Both the position numbers and the translations under genes were made by a program. The notes under the pieces were generated by a model. The model did not search any database, was not told where the DNA came from, and worked only from the letters and a program-made list of their open reading frames with translations. A DNA stretch of 64,000 nt from Vitrella brassicaformis CCMP3155 (lineage: Eukaryota > Protista > Chromerida). This document shows, piece by piece, positions 34,980-48,500 of the stretch; within the stretch, counting starts at the first letter, position 1, and the number at the start of each line of letters is the position of its first letter. The stretch lies in contig CDMY01000347.1 of the NCBI GenBank assembly GCA_001179505.1, forward strand, positions 248,001 to 312,000, written 5' to 3'.

Positions 34980-35962
34980 GAGAGGAGGGGAGGGGAGGGT
35001 AGCGTTGTGCTCTCGGTGCACACATACTTTCCGGACATTCGGAGCATGCGATGTGCTTGCCGGATTGGTTCGTGCTCATGGAGATGATTTCCAAACATGC
35101 GTGTCGGTCTTTTGCATGGAGACAGCAACGTATGACGTGGCCAGTGTCAGTCTGACTCAGTCAGTCGGTCCTCTGAAATCCTATGCACGCCATCCCCCGT
35201 GTGATTAGCACGTCTCCTCCCTTCTCTCTCTGCGTTTGTGTCTCCCGCAGGCCCGCCTCCGCTGCTTCATCTGCGGGGAAAGTAGAGACGCAGCACGTAT
35301 CGAGTGGATGAGCCTTCAATTCAAAACGACGGACACACATTCTCAAAAGGCAGCCTGCCTTTGTGCCCCATCCGCCCTTCCTCACCACCAAAAGGAGAGA
35401 TCCAAGGGCTCAATGCTGTCGGATCCTTGATGTCCGCCTCGTTGTCGTGCGGCAAAAGGGGAGAGAGGACGCCAAGATATAAAATGTAGACAGGGATAGA
35501 AGAGACCTGCAGACACACACCGGCACAGAAATGATGGAGACATGGTCGGGCTGGGGATGCTGGTGCTACGGCTGGACTCTAACCAAGGGGGTAACCCGTG
35601 AAGCCTAAACTCGTTTTCTCCGTACCTGTGTGTTTCTGTTTGTGTGTAGAGATACTGTCACTTTGAGTGAAGAGCTCTCTGTCCCGTGCTGTTTGATCTT
35701 GACTAGCGGCAATTCCTTCGATACCAAACACCAAACACTGCAAGCTCAAGTGTTGATGCTTCACAGCCTGAATGACCACTCCGGCTACGTAGCTTTTGCA
35801 GAGAGCCGGGAAGTCAACTGCGAAAAAAAAGGAGACTCATGGCGAGAGACGGGATGCAAGCTTGCATTGGGGGCTTCCCTTCCCTTCCCCCCTCGACGGC
35901 GTGAAGGCTCAATGTGATGTTGCTCCTGATCCACCCTTCTTGCTTTCCTACTTCCCTACCTC

Positions 35963-37983
35963 ATGGGATGCAGCAGAAGCCTTCGCCCACCCGCAGGGAA
36001 GCATACCGACCCGCCGCAGCCAAGGCCGTCCAGCAACGTTTCGTCGGCCCTGAAGAGCGTGTCGATGGCCCTCAGCGCTCCGCCGCCCCCATGCACTTCG
36101 TCGGGCTCCCTGCAGTCCCTGGCGCAGCAAAGGATGGCACCTGATGGGCTTGTTCGGCCCCACCTGGGCGGGCCTCTTGACTTTGGGTCACCCGAGCTGT
36201 CACTGTTGGAAGTGTTCTTTCGCGTCAATCCGATGAGCAGCCATCATCGTGAGCCCATCCCTGCCAATACGACGGCATTTGCAAAGAGAGACGAGCACCC
36301 GGAGTCTCAGTCTGACTCTCAGATGAATGCTACCGCAGGCGAACGTGGCTCGGTGCTGTCAGCCCTGGACCAGACAGCCAGCAGCATCGAATCAAACATC
36401 GAAGCTCTGATTGCCGGCGCCTCTACCGCGCTCACGAGAGCCATCGCAAACGAGCAGCAGGCCTGGCAGAAAGAGAAGCGGCGGGAGAAGAACGCTGTCA
36501 AGCCCCGCTATGCTCGTGTCAAGAGACATCGCATGCCGCAGCACCCCCTCCACCCCCTGCATCCCCTCCCACCCACCTCTCTTACGAGCCTGGAGAACTA
36601 CCAGGACGCCCCGATCGACGAGATGCTGCTGGAAGAAGAGTCGGAGCAGCTGGCCAACAGCCCCCTCACGAACGCCGCCGACATGGTATACGTCCTGGAC
36701 AAGGCGAAGCGGCGCTTCTCGCTTACAGGGGGAGGAAAGACAAAATTCGACAACGAGGAGTGGGACCTGCAGAAGCGGCATTTCCTTCCCTATGGCCAGC
36801 CACTGCTCTTTCCCGAGGACGTGGCGCCCCTAACCCAGGCAGAGATCGCCGAGCGACTGCGGGCGCAGGACAGCATGGTGCTCCTGCTGATGCTTGTCAT
36901 CTATGTCGTCACGCTGGCCTTCGGCTGCTCGCCGGTCTATCGGCTGGCGGGAAACGCCAATCGGTCGACAATTCGTTACTACACAGACAGAAGGACGCGG
37001 GGGCCGCTGCTGGCGTGCGACGACCCGACGCTCGACGGCTTCCTCATGACCTTCAACAGAAAGCCCACACACCCCGGCCCCAACTTGCAAGTGAGACACA
37101 CCTGCCCTTGCCCACATGGATATCATCATTATGTGTTCATGTCTGTGTGTGCTTGCAGATCGATGGCTGGCTACCTCGAGCGCCTAGTCCGTCCCATCGG
37201 CTGGCCCTCCGCCAGTCTGCCCCGGCACCTGCTGCGAGAAGGCGGTACTACGGGACACAACAACCTGAGCCAGCAAGACCAACCGCCGAGTCGTCGTAGC
37301 CACCACCATCTGAACCCCCATCAGCAGCACCAGTACTTGCGGCAGCAGCAGCAGCCGCGCCATCGCATGCTGCTGGGGGCGGTGGGGGTGAGGGATATGA
37401 GGATGTGGCTGAGGAGGGCCGGATCGAGAGGTTACCGGGGCCTGTGGTGGCTGTTGGGAGGAGGGGGTACCTCGAAGCGGAAGGGGAGGAGCCGCTGACC
37501 CCCGGGGGGCGGTCCAGCTACTCGTTCTACTCGGACGAGGAGGAGGGGGCCGTCACCTACTTCCATCCACTACTGCAGGTCACCTGGCGAGCGAGCTCAT
37601 TGCTCTGCCATGAACCTCACTGTCTCGCTCTCTCCTGCTATGCCGTCTTCTCGTTCAGGAGCGTGTCTTAGCCTTCTCCTTCTGCTTGGATTTGGACCCA
37701 TGGATAGGCGACATGGGCCTCATCAGCGAGCCGCACCTCGAGCAGGTAAGGTAGGCCGGTCAGCCTGTGTATGAGAGACGCCTGCCATACGCTGATCGAC
37801 TGGCGGCATTATTCTCCTTGTTGGTGTCTTGCAGCTGCGGCGCTTTCTGGTGACGACCAATTCGCTGGAGACAGTCGTGTTGTCGAAGCAGGTTTGCTGG
37901 GAGGGGTGGGAAGAGCTGGCCACGAGCATCAAGAACAAGATCAAATGTGAAGGATTCGATGGCGAGGTGGAGGTGAGCACTCA

Positions 37984-38018
<35 letters not shown>

Positions 38019-38508
38019 GGCAGTTGGGGTGGCTGTGCAGGTGCATTTGGTGGGGAGTGAAGACCTGACCATCCTGCAGAACCAGCAGTGGTCCAACTTC
38101 ATCCACAATCGCACCACACAGACCCTCTGCGCCCTTTCCGGCGTCGGCCTCATCCTCTACCTCCTCTACACTCTCGTCCGCGGCAAAACAATCAGAGCCA
38201 CCGCAGAATTCCACGTGCGCCATCAACACGCTGCCGAGACACAATGATATACTCCTTGTTGGTCGCATTATCAGGTGGACGTGAGTGTGTCAGGCTACTG
38301 GAGCATCATAGAGGAGTGTCTGGGCCGCCAGAGGTTCCTCCCCACTCCCACTGCAGCACCTGCTGCTGTCAGGATGCCGTCGCGCGCACGGCAGCAGCAG
38401 GAGAGGGCAGCGGGTGTGGGTGTGGGTGTGAGTGAGAGGGCGCCTCTGCTGGGGGTGCCTGTGGCAATGGGGGAGAGGGAGAGGGAGAGGGGCAGCCGCC
38501 ATGTGTAG
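35963..38508 (+). CDS. Hypothetical membrane protein (MGC N-terminus, two hydrophobic segments); the reconstructed frame contains an internal TAG at 37297
   Basis: TM segment MVLLLMLVIYVVTLAFGC. Exons ..NLQ|IDGW.., ..YFHPLLQ|ERVLAFSFCLDLDPW..|LRRFLVTTNSLETVVLSKQVCWEGWEELA..|VHLVGSEDLTILQNQQWSNF..LCALSGVGLILYLLY..|VDVSVSGYW..HV*. Confidence 0.6.
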
Positions 38509-39269
38509 CTGCTGTGTGTGGGTGCGTGTATGTTGGTTCACTTCCTAGGGTGAGTGAGGCTTTTGCTGTTCTTGAGGGGGGATTCGGTTGAGGAGGGAAA
38601 GGCTGTGAATAAGCCGTGGTTGTGTTTGTATGTGTGTGTTGGTGACTTCAGTCAGCTTCTCTCCGCTCCCTCACGCCATGTTATAATGATACTGTCTGTG
38701 TTGGTGGTCAGCCACCGTCAGTGAGTGACAAATACACTTCATTCGTCATTCCTGAATATATATTGGACTGCTGATCGTCTCAATGGATGGAATCCTTTGT
38801 ATATTGTCCGCTGCCAGAAAATGGGCATCGTTCATCTGGCACTCAACACACGGCACGAAACTTGCAACCATCCCCAACCAACCATCACGCCTCAGCAATA
38901 CGACAACATTGGCACGACCTCCCTTTCTCTCTCTCTCTCCCTCTGCTCGGCTGACCAGAGTGCATCCATGGTGAGCTGTATTGGTCGCACGGCGTCTCGT
39001 TCACGCGCTGCTCTCTTCCGCGACTAGGAAGAGCGCAGCTGGTGGACAATACGGGGCGCGACCAATGGACAGCCGCACCACATGACACCCAATGTGACTG
39101 ACGAACGGTGACGTGTTGCAATCGCTCTTGTCTCTTTCATCCATCCATCCACAGGCACAAATAGCACCATAGAGCCATCCAGCCGACCGATGAGTCAGAC
39201 CACAAACACACCGACACCAATCTCACCCTCACCCTCACACCACTACGAAAATCTTCACTAATCGGTCGG

Positions 39270-41274
39270 TCACATGGCATTGGCATTGGCGCCACCGCCG
39301 CTGCCGCTCGCAGAGCCGCGTGCGGTCCTCATTGGGCAGTGTCTTGCCGTGTGTGTGGGATCCCGGCATATGCGGCACGTCTTTGTGTTGGGGCAGTTCT
39401 GTGTCGTGTGCCCCTCCTGCCCGCAATCGTAACACAACAGCTTCTGAAACCCACAATCCCCCCCCCCCCCCCCCNNNNNNNNNNNNNNNNNNNNNNNNNN
39501 NNNNNNNNNNNNNNNNNNNNNNNNNNNNNNNNNNNNNNNNNNNNNNNNNNNNNNNNNNNNNNNNNNNNNNNNNNNNNNNNNNNNNNNNNNNNNNNNNNNN
39601 NNNNNNNNNNNNNNNNNNNNNNNNNNNNNNNNNNNNNNNNNNNNNNNNNNNNNNNNNNNNNNNNNNNNNNNNNNNNNNNNNNNNNNNNNNNNNNNNNNNN
39701 NNNNNNNNNNNNNNNNNNNNNNNNNNNNNNNNNNNNNNNNNNNNNNNNNNNNNNNNNNNNNNNNNNNNNNNNNNCCCCCCCCACACAGAGACACAGAGAG
39801 ATACCGCACCACACACACAACACAGACATGTTGGTTGACCTTTCTTTCGCCCGGCCGGGACTGACTTACCTGAGGGAGCGGACAGTCTCTGCTCAAGTGC
39901 CCTTCCCGATTGCAATTGAAACACCGCTGCCGCCTCGTCCCTCTGGCGTTGCTGCTCCCAGACGGCCGCCCAGTAGACAGCGGGATGGACGAAGGCGGGG
40001 GAGGGGGCGGGGCGCGCTGCGGGTGGGGGTGGGACTGGGGGTGATGGTGATGGTCGGGCTGACCATGGGGGCCTCCACTCTTGACCACACACCCCCTCCC
40101 GCCACACTCCTGACAGGTCGAGACGCTCACGATGAGCCCCTGATGACACGGGGGAGGCGGAGGCGGCAGGTACGCGCTCGCATGGGCTTGGGCGCGGTGG
40201 TCCTGTGGCTGAGGGAGCATTCCGTGTAGCTGTTTTGGATGTGGCTGTGGCTGCGGCTGGCCTCCGTGCAATACTGGCGCTTCTGGCGGTGCCAGTGGTG
40301 GCGGCGGGGGCGGGGGCGGAGGCAGCGGGGATGGCGATGGCGCCTTCTTCAGAAGCAGCGCCTGGTGAGAGATGGGCGCCTTGCCACCCGGCAGCCGTGG
40401 GGGCGGCAGCCCACAGGTGCACGGACGGCAGGAGCAAGGGCTGCACATGCAAGCGGGGTTGCCGCACAGCAGACCACTTCTTGACCCAGCGCTCGGCAAC
40501 TTGGGGTGGTCGCTCATCGGAGTGACCGGCGGACTGCGGTCAGAGGACACGGCGGGCCTAGCTCCTGGTGATGGGGTGAAGAAGGGCAGGGGGGGAGGGG
40601 GGGAGGCGGCAGACACAGGGACCGGGGCACCGGCCGCCACAGACGCATAGGCAGAGAGGCGGGGAGGCGATGCAGCTGCAGCTGCAGCTGTCGTCGGCTT
40701 GTTCTGGACGAGGGGGGGAGTGGGCAGGTCATCGCTGTCATTGTCATTCTCATTCTCATTGTCATCGATGATGAGCTTGTCTAGCGCCCGCTCGAGGTCT
40801 GAGAACTGAGAGCAGTCCTTGGCAAGATGGTCGGGCATGTTGCACTTGTGGCAACGCTTCCCCGCGTCGCTGAACACATCCACGGCACACAAACAGCACG
40901 CTCAGCGTTTGTTGACGGACTGTCCAAGCCAGCGTGGGCGCGCGCGCAGAGTGAGTACCATTCCGACGAGATGTGTCCCTCCTCCATGCAGTTGTAGCAC
41001 AGGGTGATCTTGGGCTGAGGACACTGACGGCCGACGTGACCCAACTCGTGACTGCAACCAACCACACCACACGCACGGTATATGCCTTCCTCCGTGTTCC
41101 ATCGATCTATCTGCCTCCTTCCTGCCTTCCCTTCCTTGCTGATTCCCTCTCTCTCTGCTGGGTGCGTGCGTACCAGTTGAAGCATCTCGTGGTGACGGAT
41201 CGGCCATGCACGTCATGGTGGTGGTGGTGGTCACCTTCTCCCGCATCTCGGCTCCTCTCCGCTTCCTCATTCAT
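39270..41274 (-). CDS. Multi CCHC zinc-knuckle (CNBP/Air-like) nucleic-acid-binding protein with a Pro-rich middle region
   Basis: Repeated CX2CX4HX4C motifs: CFNC|HELGHVGRQC, CYNCMEEGHISSEC, CHKCNMPDHLAKDC, CFNCNREGHLSRDC, CYDCGQEGHTTQNC, CRICRDPTHTARHC. The gene spans a gap. Confidence 0.85.
39475..39774. other. Assembly gap (300 N), intronic
   Basis: N run flanked by poly-C. Confidence 0.99.
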
Positions 41275-41738
41275 GACCTCTGACGTACGACCTCAGAAAG
41301 CAAACGGTTGCGAGCTTGTTGGCAGTTTGTATCAGGTATTGCCCTGTAGCGAATCGGACGTCGTGTGGCGGCCTTAAGTCGCCCTCTGGAATGAGTTGAC
41401 GCTTCGTTGCTGTCGCCTGCGTATGGCAAGGCGGCCAGGTGGGTGCCCTCACCAGTCGGGCATTGATCTGAGGGCTGCAGTGAGGCCAGAGAGCTCGCTG
41501 GCGTCAGCCAGGCCCTCCCTGCAGCGAAACATGGCTCGGGAACATCACTGGACTGTCTGGTTGTCTTGCCCTTCTATGGTGTTTTGCAATAGGCCCTTCT
41601 TCAGCTGGAGGAGCGCAGGCTGCCGTCCAGCTCAGTGTGAGCCAGACAGACAGACGATTCGCACCGCTCCAGTGCAGTGCAGTGCGTCCCTCAGTGCACA
41701 TCACATTGTCTGTGTGTGTGGTGTTTGGTTCGTGTCAG

Positions 41739-44232
41739 ATGTTTGCTTCAGCGTCTTGCCCACCTGACCCCAAGTATCCACCCCAATCTGCGGACCCCCA
41801 CCCATCCAGCTCCAGATTCCCAATGTCACACCAGGTACAGCGAGGGAGAGAGGGAGGGAGGGAGGGAGAGAGAGAGGGAGTGAGAGAGAGCAGCCACACC
41901 ACCTGCCCCTGTTCGTTCACGGCTTCCTTCCCTGCGCTGTGTGTCATGTGCCGTTGGTTGTCTGGTCACAGTATGGGGGTCAGATCGGCCGCTCTGAGCA
42001 TCCCCCCATGACCCCTTCCCCGTCGCAAGCTCACGGCTTCCAGATGGACCACCATGCTGCCACTTCTGCCGCCGCCGCCGCCGCTGCTGCTGCTGCTGCC
42101 GCTGGTGGTGCCTCCCACCAGATGGACGGTGTGGATGGTGGCATGATGGACGACAGCCAGCCCGCCGAAGCCGCTCCCAAGAAGCGAAGGAAACGGAATC
42201 CGCCCAGAAAGAGGGCACCTGGGGAGGTGAGCTTGGGCGTGTGGCTGGGCAAGTGTGCGGTGTGGTGTGTTTGTCTGCTTTGGTTCATCGTGTGTTCATT
42301 CCGTCGTCTGTCGGTTCCTTCCTTCCTTCCTTCCTTGATTCGTTCAGCCGCGGAAGCCCAAGCAGGCGTTCCTGTGGTTCTACCACCAGATCCTGCCCGA
42401 GATCAAAGCCGAGCGGCCAGAACTAGCCATGACCGTCATATCGCAGGTAGTAGGCCTAGCCACACACCACACCCACCTGTCACACACAGACACCCCTCTG
42501 TGCTCATGTGTGTGTGTGTGTGCAATCAGGAGGCGGCGCGTCGGTGGAAGCAAATGACGCCCGAGGAGAAGGCGCCGTACGAGCGGCTGAAGGCGGAGGA
42601 TCGCCAGCGGTACAATCGTGAGCTGGCGCTGTGGGAGCGGCAGCAGGCCGTGCAGGAGCAGGCCCGCAAGAACGTCGAGGCCGGCCCGGAGAGCTACCAG
42701 GTCGGGGGGCTGCCGCTCCTCTCCAATAATGAGATGCTCAAGCGACGGGTAAACCGATACACACACACACACACATCCATCCATCCATCCACCACGGGGA
42801 TGGTCACACTCTCATTGATGCCTTCCTTGTGCGTGGTGTGTGTGTGTCAGCTGTTGCGTCAGGGTGATGAGTTGGGCATGGGGGCTGAGGCGGGGATGTA
42901 CGGCGGGGGCGGGGGGAGCGACGACAGCTGGATGACCACCCTCACCATGGAGCAGGTGAAAGAGCGCTGAACAACACACTGACCACACACGCACCAACAG
43001 CAATTGGGTGGGTGTTTTGTGTGTGTGTGTGTGTCGATCCATCCATCCATCCATCAGATGAAGGAGATTGAGGACCGTGAGTGCTGGTACCGCGAGAATA
43101 TCAGTGGGCAATCACACACACACATACAGAGAGAGACACCACGTTCCCCCCACTCGCCGCCACACACTCCCCGAGCGATGGCCTGTTCTGTGTGTGATTT
43201 GTTTGATCAGCTGAGAAGGATGAGGAGCTCCAGAAGAAGACCGAGTACATCGACACACTCAAAGAGCAAATCGCCGTACGACGCACCCGAGGGATCAAAC
43301 ACCCACCGACACACCCGCCATACGCGCACCCTCTCCCTGTCCCTCCCTGTGCAGGTGTACCATGGTTACATTGAGGATCGCAAGAACATCATCCTGAGTC
43401 GCCTGTCGCCCGTGCAGCGGCTCATCGGCAGCAACTTCAGCATCATCGAAGAACGAATCAGACTCGCCCGAACCGAGGCGGAACTCAGGTGCTTGCAGGA
43501 TTGACGCACAGCAAAAGCACACACACACACGAGGCGATAGATAAAAAATGGTGTTGTTGGCTGCACTGCACTCCACTGCACAGCGAGTGGGTAGTGCTGA
43601 TCAACAGCGCCCATCTGTTTTGTCCGAAGGACAGCCCGCCCATCGAAGAAGACACAGACTACTTCCTCGTAGGCAACCATACCAGTCGTCGAGAGAGACA
43701 CACACCGCACCGACACACAGACGGACGGACCAAGATCTGCCTGTGGTGCTTTGTGTGGTGTTTGGTGTGTCAGGCTGAGCGTCTGATGGCCCACATCCGG
43801 GCGCTGAGTGGCGACGACCGTGGCGACACGTCTGTGCCCCCGCCCGAGGACAGCGAGCCCCCCTCCTCTCATCGCTTCGACCAACACCCACACCCCCGCT
43901 CGCAGTCATCTCTCCCGCCCCCCTCCCTCCCCCCACCTGAAGAAGACGACCAAGGCCCCCACACACACGCACACGGCCCGCCAGACGAGGGGCACCAACA
44001 CACTGTCAGCCGCAGTGATGCTGTTGCGCCACCGCCACCACCCCCACCGCCACCACACTCCCACCACCAGCCGCCCGGCCACGTCCCGCCGCATCTCTAC
44101 GCTCGACCACCAGCCCATGCCATGGCGGGCGGCGAGTACGGTGGCATGCAGGCGGCTCATGCTGCCCATGCGGCCGGCATGGTGGTGGAGCCGGGGGGCA
44201 TGATGGCCCCGCCACTCTTCGCCACACAGTGA
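41739..44232 (+). CDS. HMG-box protein with a C-terminal helical region and a His/Pro-rich tail
   Basis: PRKPKQAFLWFYHQILPEIKAERPELAMTVISQ|EAARRWKQMTPEEKAPYERLKAEDRQRYNRE is a classic HMG box. Downstream exons join in phase to ATQ* at 44232. The start codon is uncertain. Confidence 0.85.
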
Positions 44233-45592
44233 GGGATGGATGGAGGGAGCAGAAGCTCGCTCGTCAGACGGTGTGTCAAGACAGGCAGAGAGGGAGAGGG
44301 GCGCGAGGGAGGCGGGGTCAATGAATGCTGTGTGTTGATGAGTGAGGTGAGTGCAACTCACTCATGCCATGCTGGTACCGTATCGTTCTTTCTTCTTGCT
44401 GCCTTCTTACTGCATACTTACTACTTACTGCATGCATACTTTTTGGATGGATGGATGGATGGCGCAATCGCAATCAGCCGGCCGGCACGGTTGCGTATTT
44501 GGCGGGATGGATGGACCGACCGGAGTGGATTGGGGGGGTCAGTCAGTCAGTCGGACGGATTTGATGGATTCATGTATACGGCAGCCAAATGGACGCACCA
44601 CGCCCCACACGACAGACCACACCCAACAGACAAGAAACAGACAGACAGACAGATAGACAGACAGACAGACGGACGGACAGACAGACAACGAACGATCCTT
44701 AGTGAGATTTTCCATCTCTCGCAGCCAGCGTACTTACAGTAAGTACGGTGTGACACCTATACCATACCTACCTGTGCGTGCGTGTGTGTGCGTGGGCGCG
44801 GCGCGGGCGCGGGCGGACGTGCAAGTAAGTGTCTTTGTGGTGAGTGAGATCGGGTGATTGATGAGCGAATTCAGGCCTTGAAGGCCTGTCTCATCTCAAC
44901 AGCCGAGCCGCCCGGCCAGGCAGCCCGCATTCATTCTGATTGTATGTGTGTGGACTTTTCATTATACATCATGTCAATGGGCCACTTGCTCTTGTTGATT
45001 CAGTCGCCACGTACCCACACACACACACGCACACACGAATAAAGGTGTCTGTCTGTCCACGCAGGCAGCCACTCACTCGCCCATCGTGTGTGTCGGTGCG
45101 TGGCACCACCACACACGCGTCGCGCCCAGTCAGTCACACCAACATCCTCGCCCATCGCACTCATCAGCAGGCACAGCACAAACAAAACTGCTGTTCTTGT
45201 CTCGAGAGAGAGGAAGGGAGGGAGAGCGGGCATCACATCCACAACGTCAGCTAAATGCAGGCAGGCAGGCAGGCAGGCTGGCACGGCCCCCAAGTCTGAG
45301 GGCTCCGGAACAAGCAAGCTCATGTCATGCAGGCCCCTCAACTCAATCAGCCCCTCCGCTCTCTCATGAGAGAGACAGTGAGTGCATGTCGTCTGCACCT
45401 CACCAGCCATCACATCGATCAGCCGGCCATTGTGTGTCTGGTAGGTATGGTACCTCAGTCAGTCATTTCTCACATCGACCGACCGGCCAACACAACACAC
45501 GCCGGCCATGCCGTCTGGCCTCATGCAGTGGGGTGGGGTGTTGTGGGGTGGGGGATGGGACTGGCAGGCAGGCATTCAGCTAGTTGGGTTAG

Positions 45593-48500
45593 TTAGCTCC
45601 TGAAGAGGAAGGCCAGGTCGTCGGCCGTCAGCTTGGCCAGCGAACCCTCGTTGGCACCGACAGTCTGCACACACACGGATAGCACAGACAGACACGACAG
45701 ACACATCAGAGCACAGAGAGAGCCGGTTTGTCCGTCTGCTGTCGCGTGCTGTGTGCAGTGCCTCGTGCACTGACTGACCCCATCGAAGACGAGCTGTTTC
45801 TTTTCCTGCAGCTCGAGTATTTTCTCCTCGACGGTGTCCTTGCAGATGAACCGGATGGCGATGACCTCCTTGAGCTGACCGATACGGTGGCACCGCTGGA
45901 TCGCCTGCATCTGCAGGCACTCATTCATGGCCATGGCACACACACACACCTCCACACACACTCTCTCTCTCTCTCTCTCTCGTGTGTGTTGTGTTGATAC
46001 TATAGCGCCTGTTTGTTGATCTGATCTCCCCTACCTACGTACCTCAGCTGCGGGGTTCCACCAGGGGTCCATGAGGAAGACGTGGTTGGCGACCTGCAGG
46101 TTCAGCCCCTCGCCGCCCGCCTTGAGGCTGATGAGCACCACACGCAGGGAGGGGTCGTTGTTGAACGCATACAGCACATTCGACCTGATTGATAGGATAG
46201 ACACACGCCCACACACACACAGAGAGAGAGAGAGAGGGATCCCGTCGGCGGATGGTTACCTACCGGGAGACCAGCGACATGCTCCCAACGAGTTTGGCGC
46301 AGTTGAAGGCCGAGCCCTTCTTGAGCCGCCACTCAATCAGGTCCAGCATGGCCGTGTACCTGCACACACACGCCATCCATCCATCCATCGGCACCAACCA
46401 CTTCAATGGCAGGCAGGCAGGTTATTTACTGGGAGAAGACGATGGCTTTCGCCTCGGGGTCGCGCTTGTCCATCGCCTCGAGCTCCTGCACCAGGGCCTC
46501 GATCTTGGTGGACGACTTGAACTCGTTGACGTCGATGCGGCTCATAATGCCGCGCTTGCTGTTGCTGCTGCTGCTGGTGTTGGCACCACCACTCTGCACA
46601 CACACACGACACACCACACACACCCATCACCGTGTCACAGAGAGAGACCCCCATCTCACCTGCTCAGCCCTGACATTCTTGACAGCCTGCTTGGCCACCG
46701 CCTCCCGTATCTGCGCCTCCAGCTTGGCCGTATCTTCGCCATCCTCGTCGCAGTCATCCTCCCCACCCCTCCCGCGCCGCTTGCCCTTGCCCTTGTTGGC
46801 GGCGCCACTCGCCGCCGAGGCAGAAGCTGAAGCTGAAGCAGCGGCTGCTGCTGCCGCCGCCGCCGGTGCTGGGGGGTCCTCGATGCCGTCGTCAGAGGGG
46901 CTGACGCGGGGCGTGGCCACAGTCGACTGCAGATCTACCGTCAACGGCCTGAGTGCACCGAGAGGAAAAGGCCATGTGCTGGTGGTAGGTGTCTGTCGTT
47001 GGTTGTGCGGTGGCCTGCCTGGTCCCTCCCTTACACGTAGCACACGGGGCATCCGAGCGTCTCTCCCTCCTGGTCGGTGGGGGCGGAGTTGATGTACTCC
47101 TCCACACAGGCCCGGTGGAACGAGTGGTGGCACTTGGACACCACTCGCTCCTCCAGCAGGACGTTCTCCTGGCAGAGGCCGCAGATGTCCATGTTGGTGG
47201 CGCGGCTGCTGGAGGGGAGGGGCGCGTCCAGGGAGTTGGAGAGGGGGCCGTGGACGATCAGGTATGGGTGGTCGACGGCCTGACGACAAAGCAGAAGGAG
47301 CGAGAGAAGGAGGGACGCATGGCATGGCATGAGGTGGGGGGAGTGTGTGGGTGGGATCGGTGTGGTGGGTTTGGTTTGTGTGTCCATTCAGCTGAGCGGA
47401 CCTGTCTGAGCCTGGAGAGCAGGTCGAAGATGTGGGCGTAGTTGTGTAGCAGCGTCCCCTTGTCAACAAACGCATCCTAAGAGAGAGAGGGCGGGCGGGC
47501 GGGAAGGAAGGGATACAGACACAGCACACACACCCACACACACACAAACAGACAGAGCAGTGTGGCAGTGCCGGCCCCCCTGTCTTGTGTGTGTCCTTCC
47601 TTATCTGTCTGCTTAGCTTACAAATTTGGTTTTGGTCTGCATGAAGAGTGACTCGTAGAAGTCCTTCTCCTCCTTGGTCAACGGGTCGCGTCGGATCTTG
47701 ACCGTCATGGGGGGCAGCTTGACGTCCTCGGCCCGCTCCTGCTTGGTCCGCCTGACACATGACACATGACACACAGATCAACATGGCTGTGTGAGTGAGG
47801 TGGTTGGTGTGTGTCGGGGGGTAGTGAGGGGATCTGGGTGGGCAGGCAACGCACCTGAGGAGGATCTTGTCGAGCACCTCGTTCTTGAGATGGTCCATGG
47901 CTATGCGGCCCTCACCCTGCCACACACACACACAACACACCACACCACACCACACCACACACACACCATGGCGCCGCGCCCTGTCGGTCTGTCTGTCTGT
48001 CTCTCTCTGTCGGCGTACGGTGTATCCGTAGCTCTTGATGGGGTTGACGATGCGTCTGTTGAAGTAGGAGAAGTGCTGCATCCGGGTGCAGCCGCACTTG
48101 GAGCAGTAGCGGTTCTCGTTGAAGCGGAAGTACAGCGACTTGCAGTCGCACCCCTTCTTGCCGCAGTAGTAGTCTGCACACACACACCACACACACACAC
48201 ACACACAGAGGGAGCGGCAGCGAGCCATGAATGCATTGTGTGTTGTGTTGGAGTGAGTGGCGTACATGCGAATGGCTCGAACTTGAGGAACCGCACGAGT
48301 GAGTAGAGCTCGCCCACGCGGTTCTGCAGGGGCGTGCCGGTCAGGCACCACTTGCTCTTGCTCGACTTCAACCCGTAAACAGCCTGCATTCAATTCCAAT
48401 CCACACACACACAGAGAAACACTCTGACACAATGACCACCACACAGACACAGACACGCATCGGTCCGCTGGCCGGCCACTGACTGACTGACCTTGGCAGT

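Noticed and set aside
35000-35960. Scattered splice-like sites and short ORFs between genes
   Set aside because: They could not be joined into a coherent frame, and I saw no transposase, RT motifs or terminal repeats.
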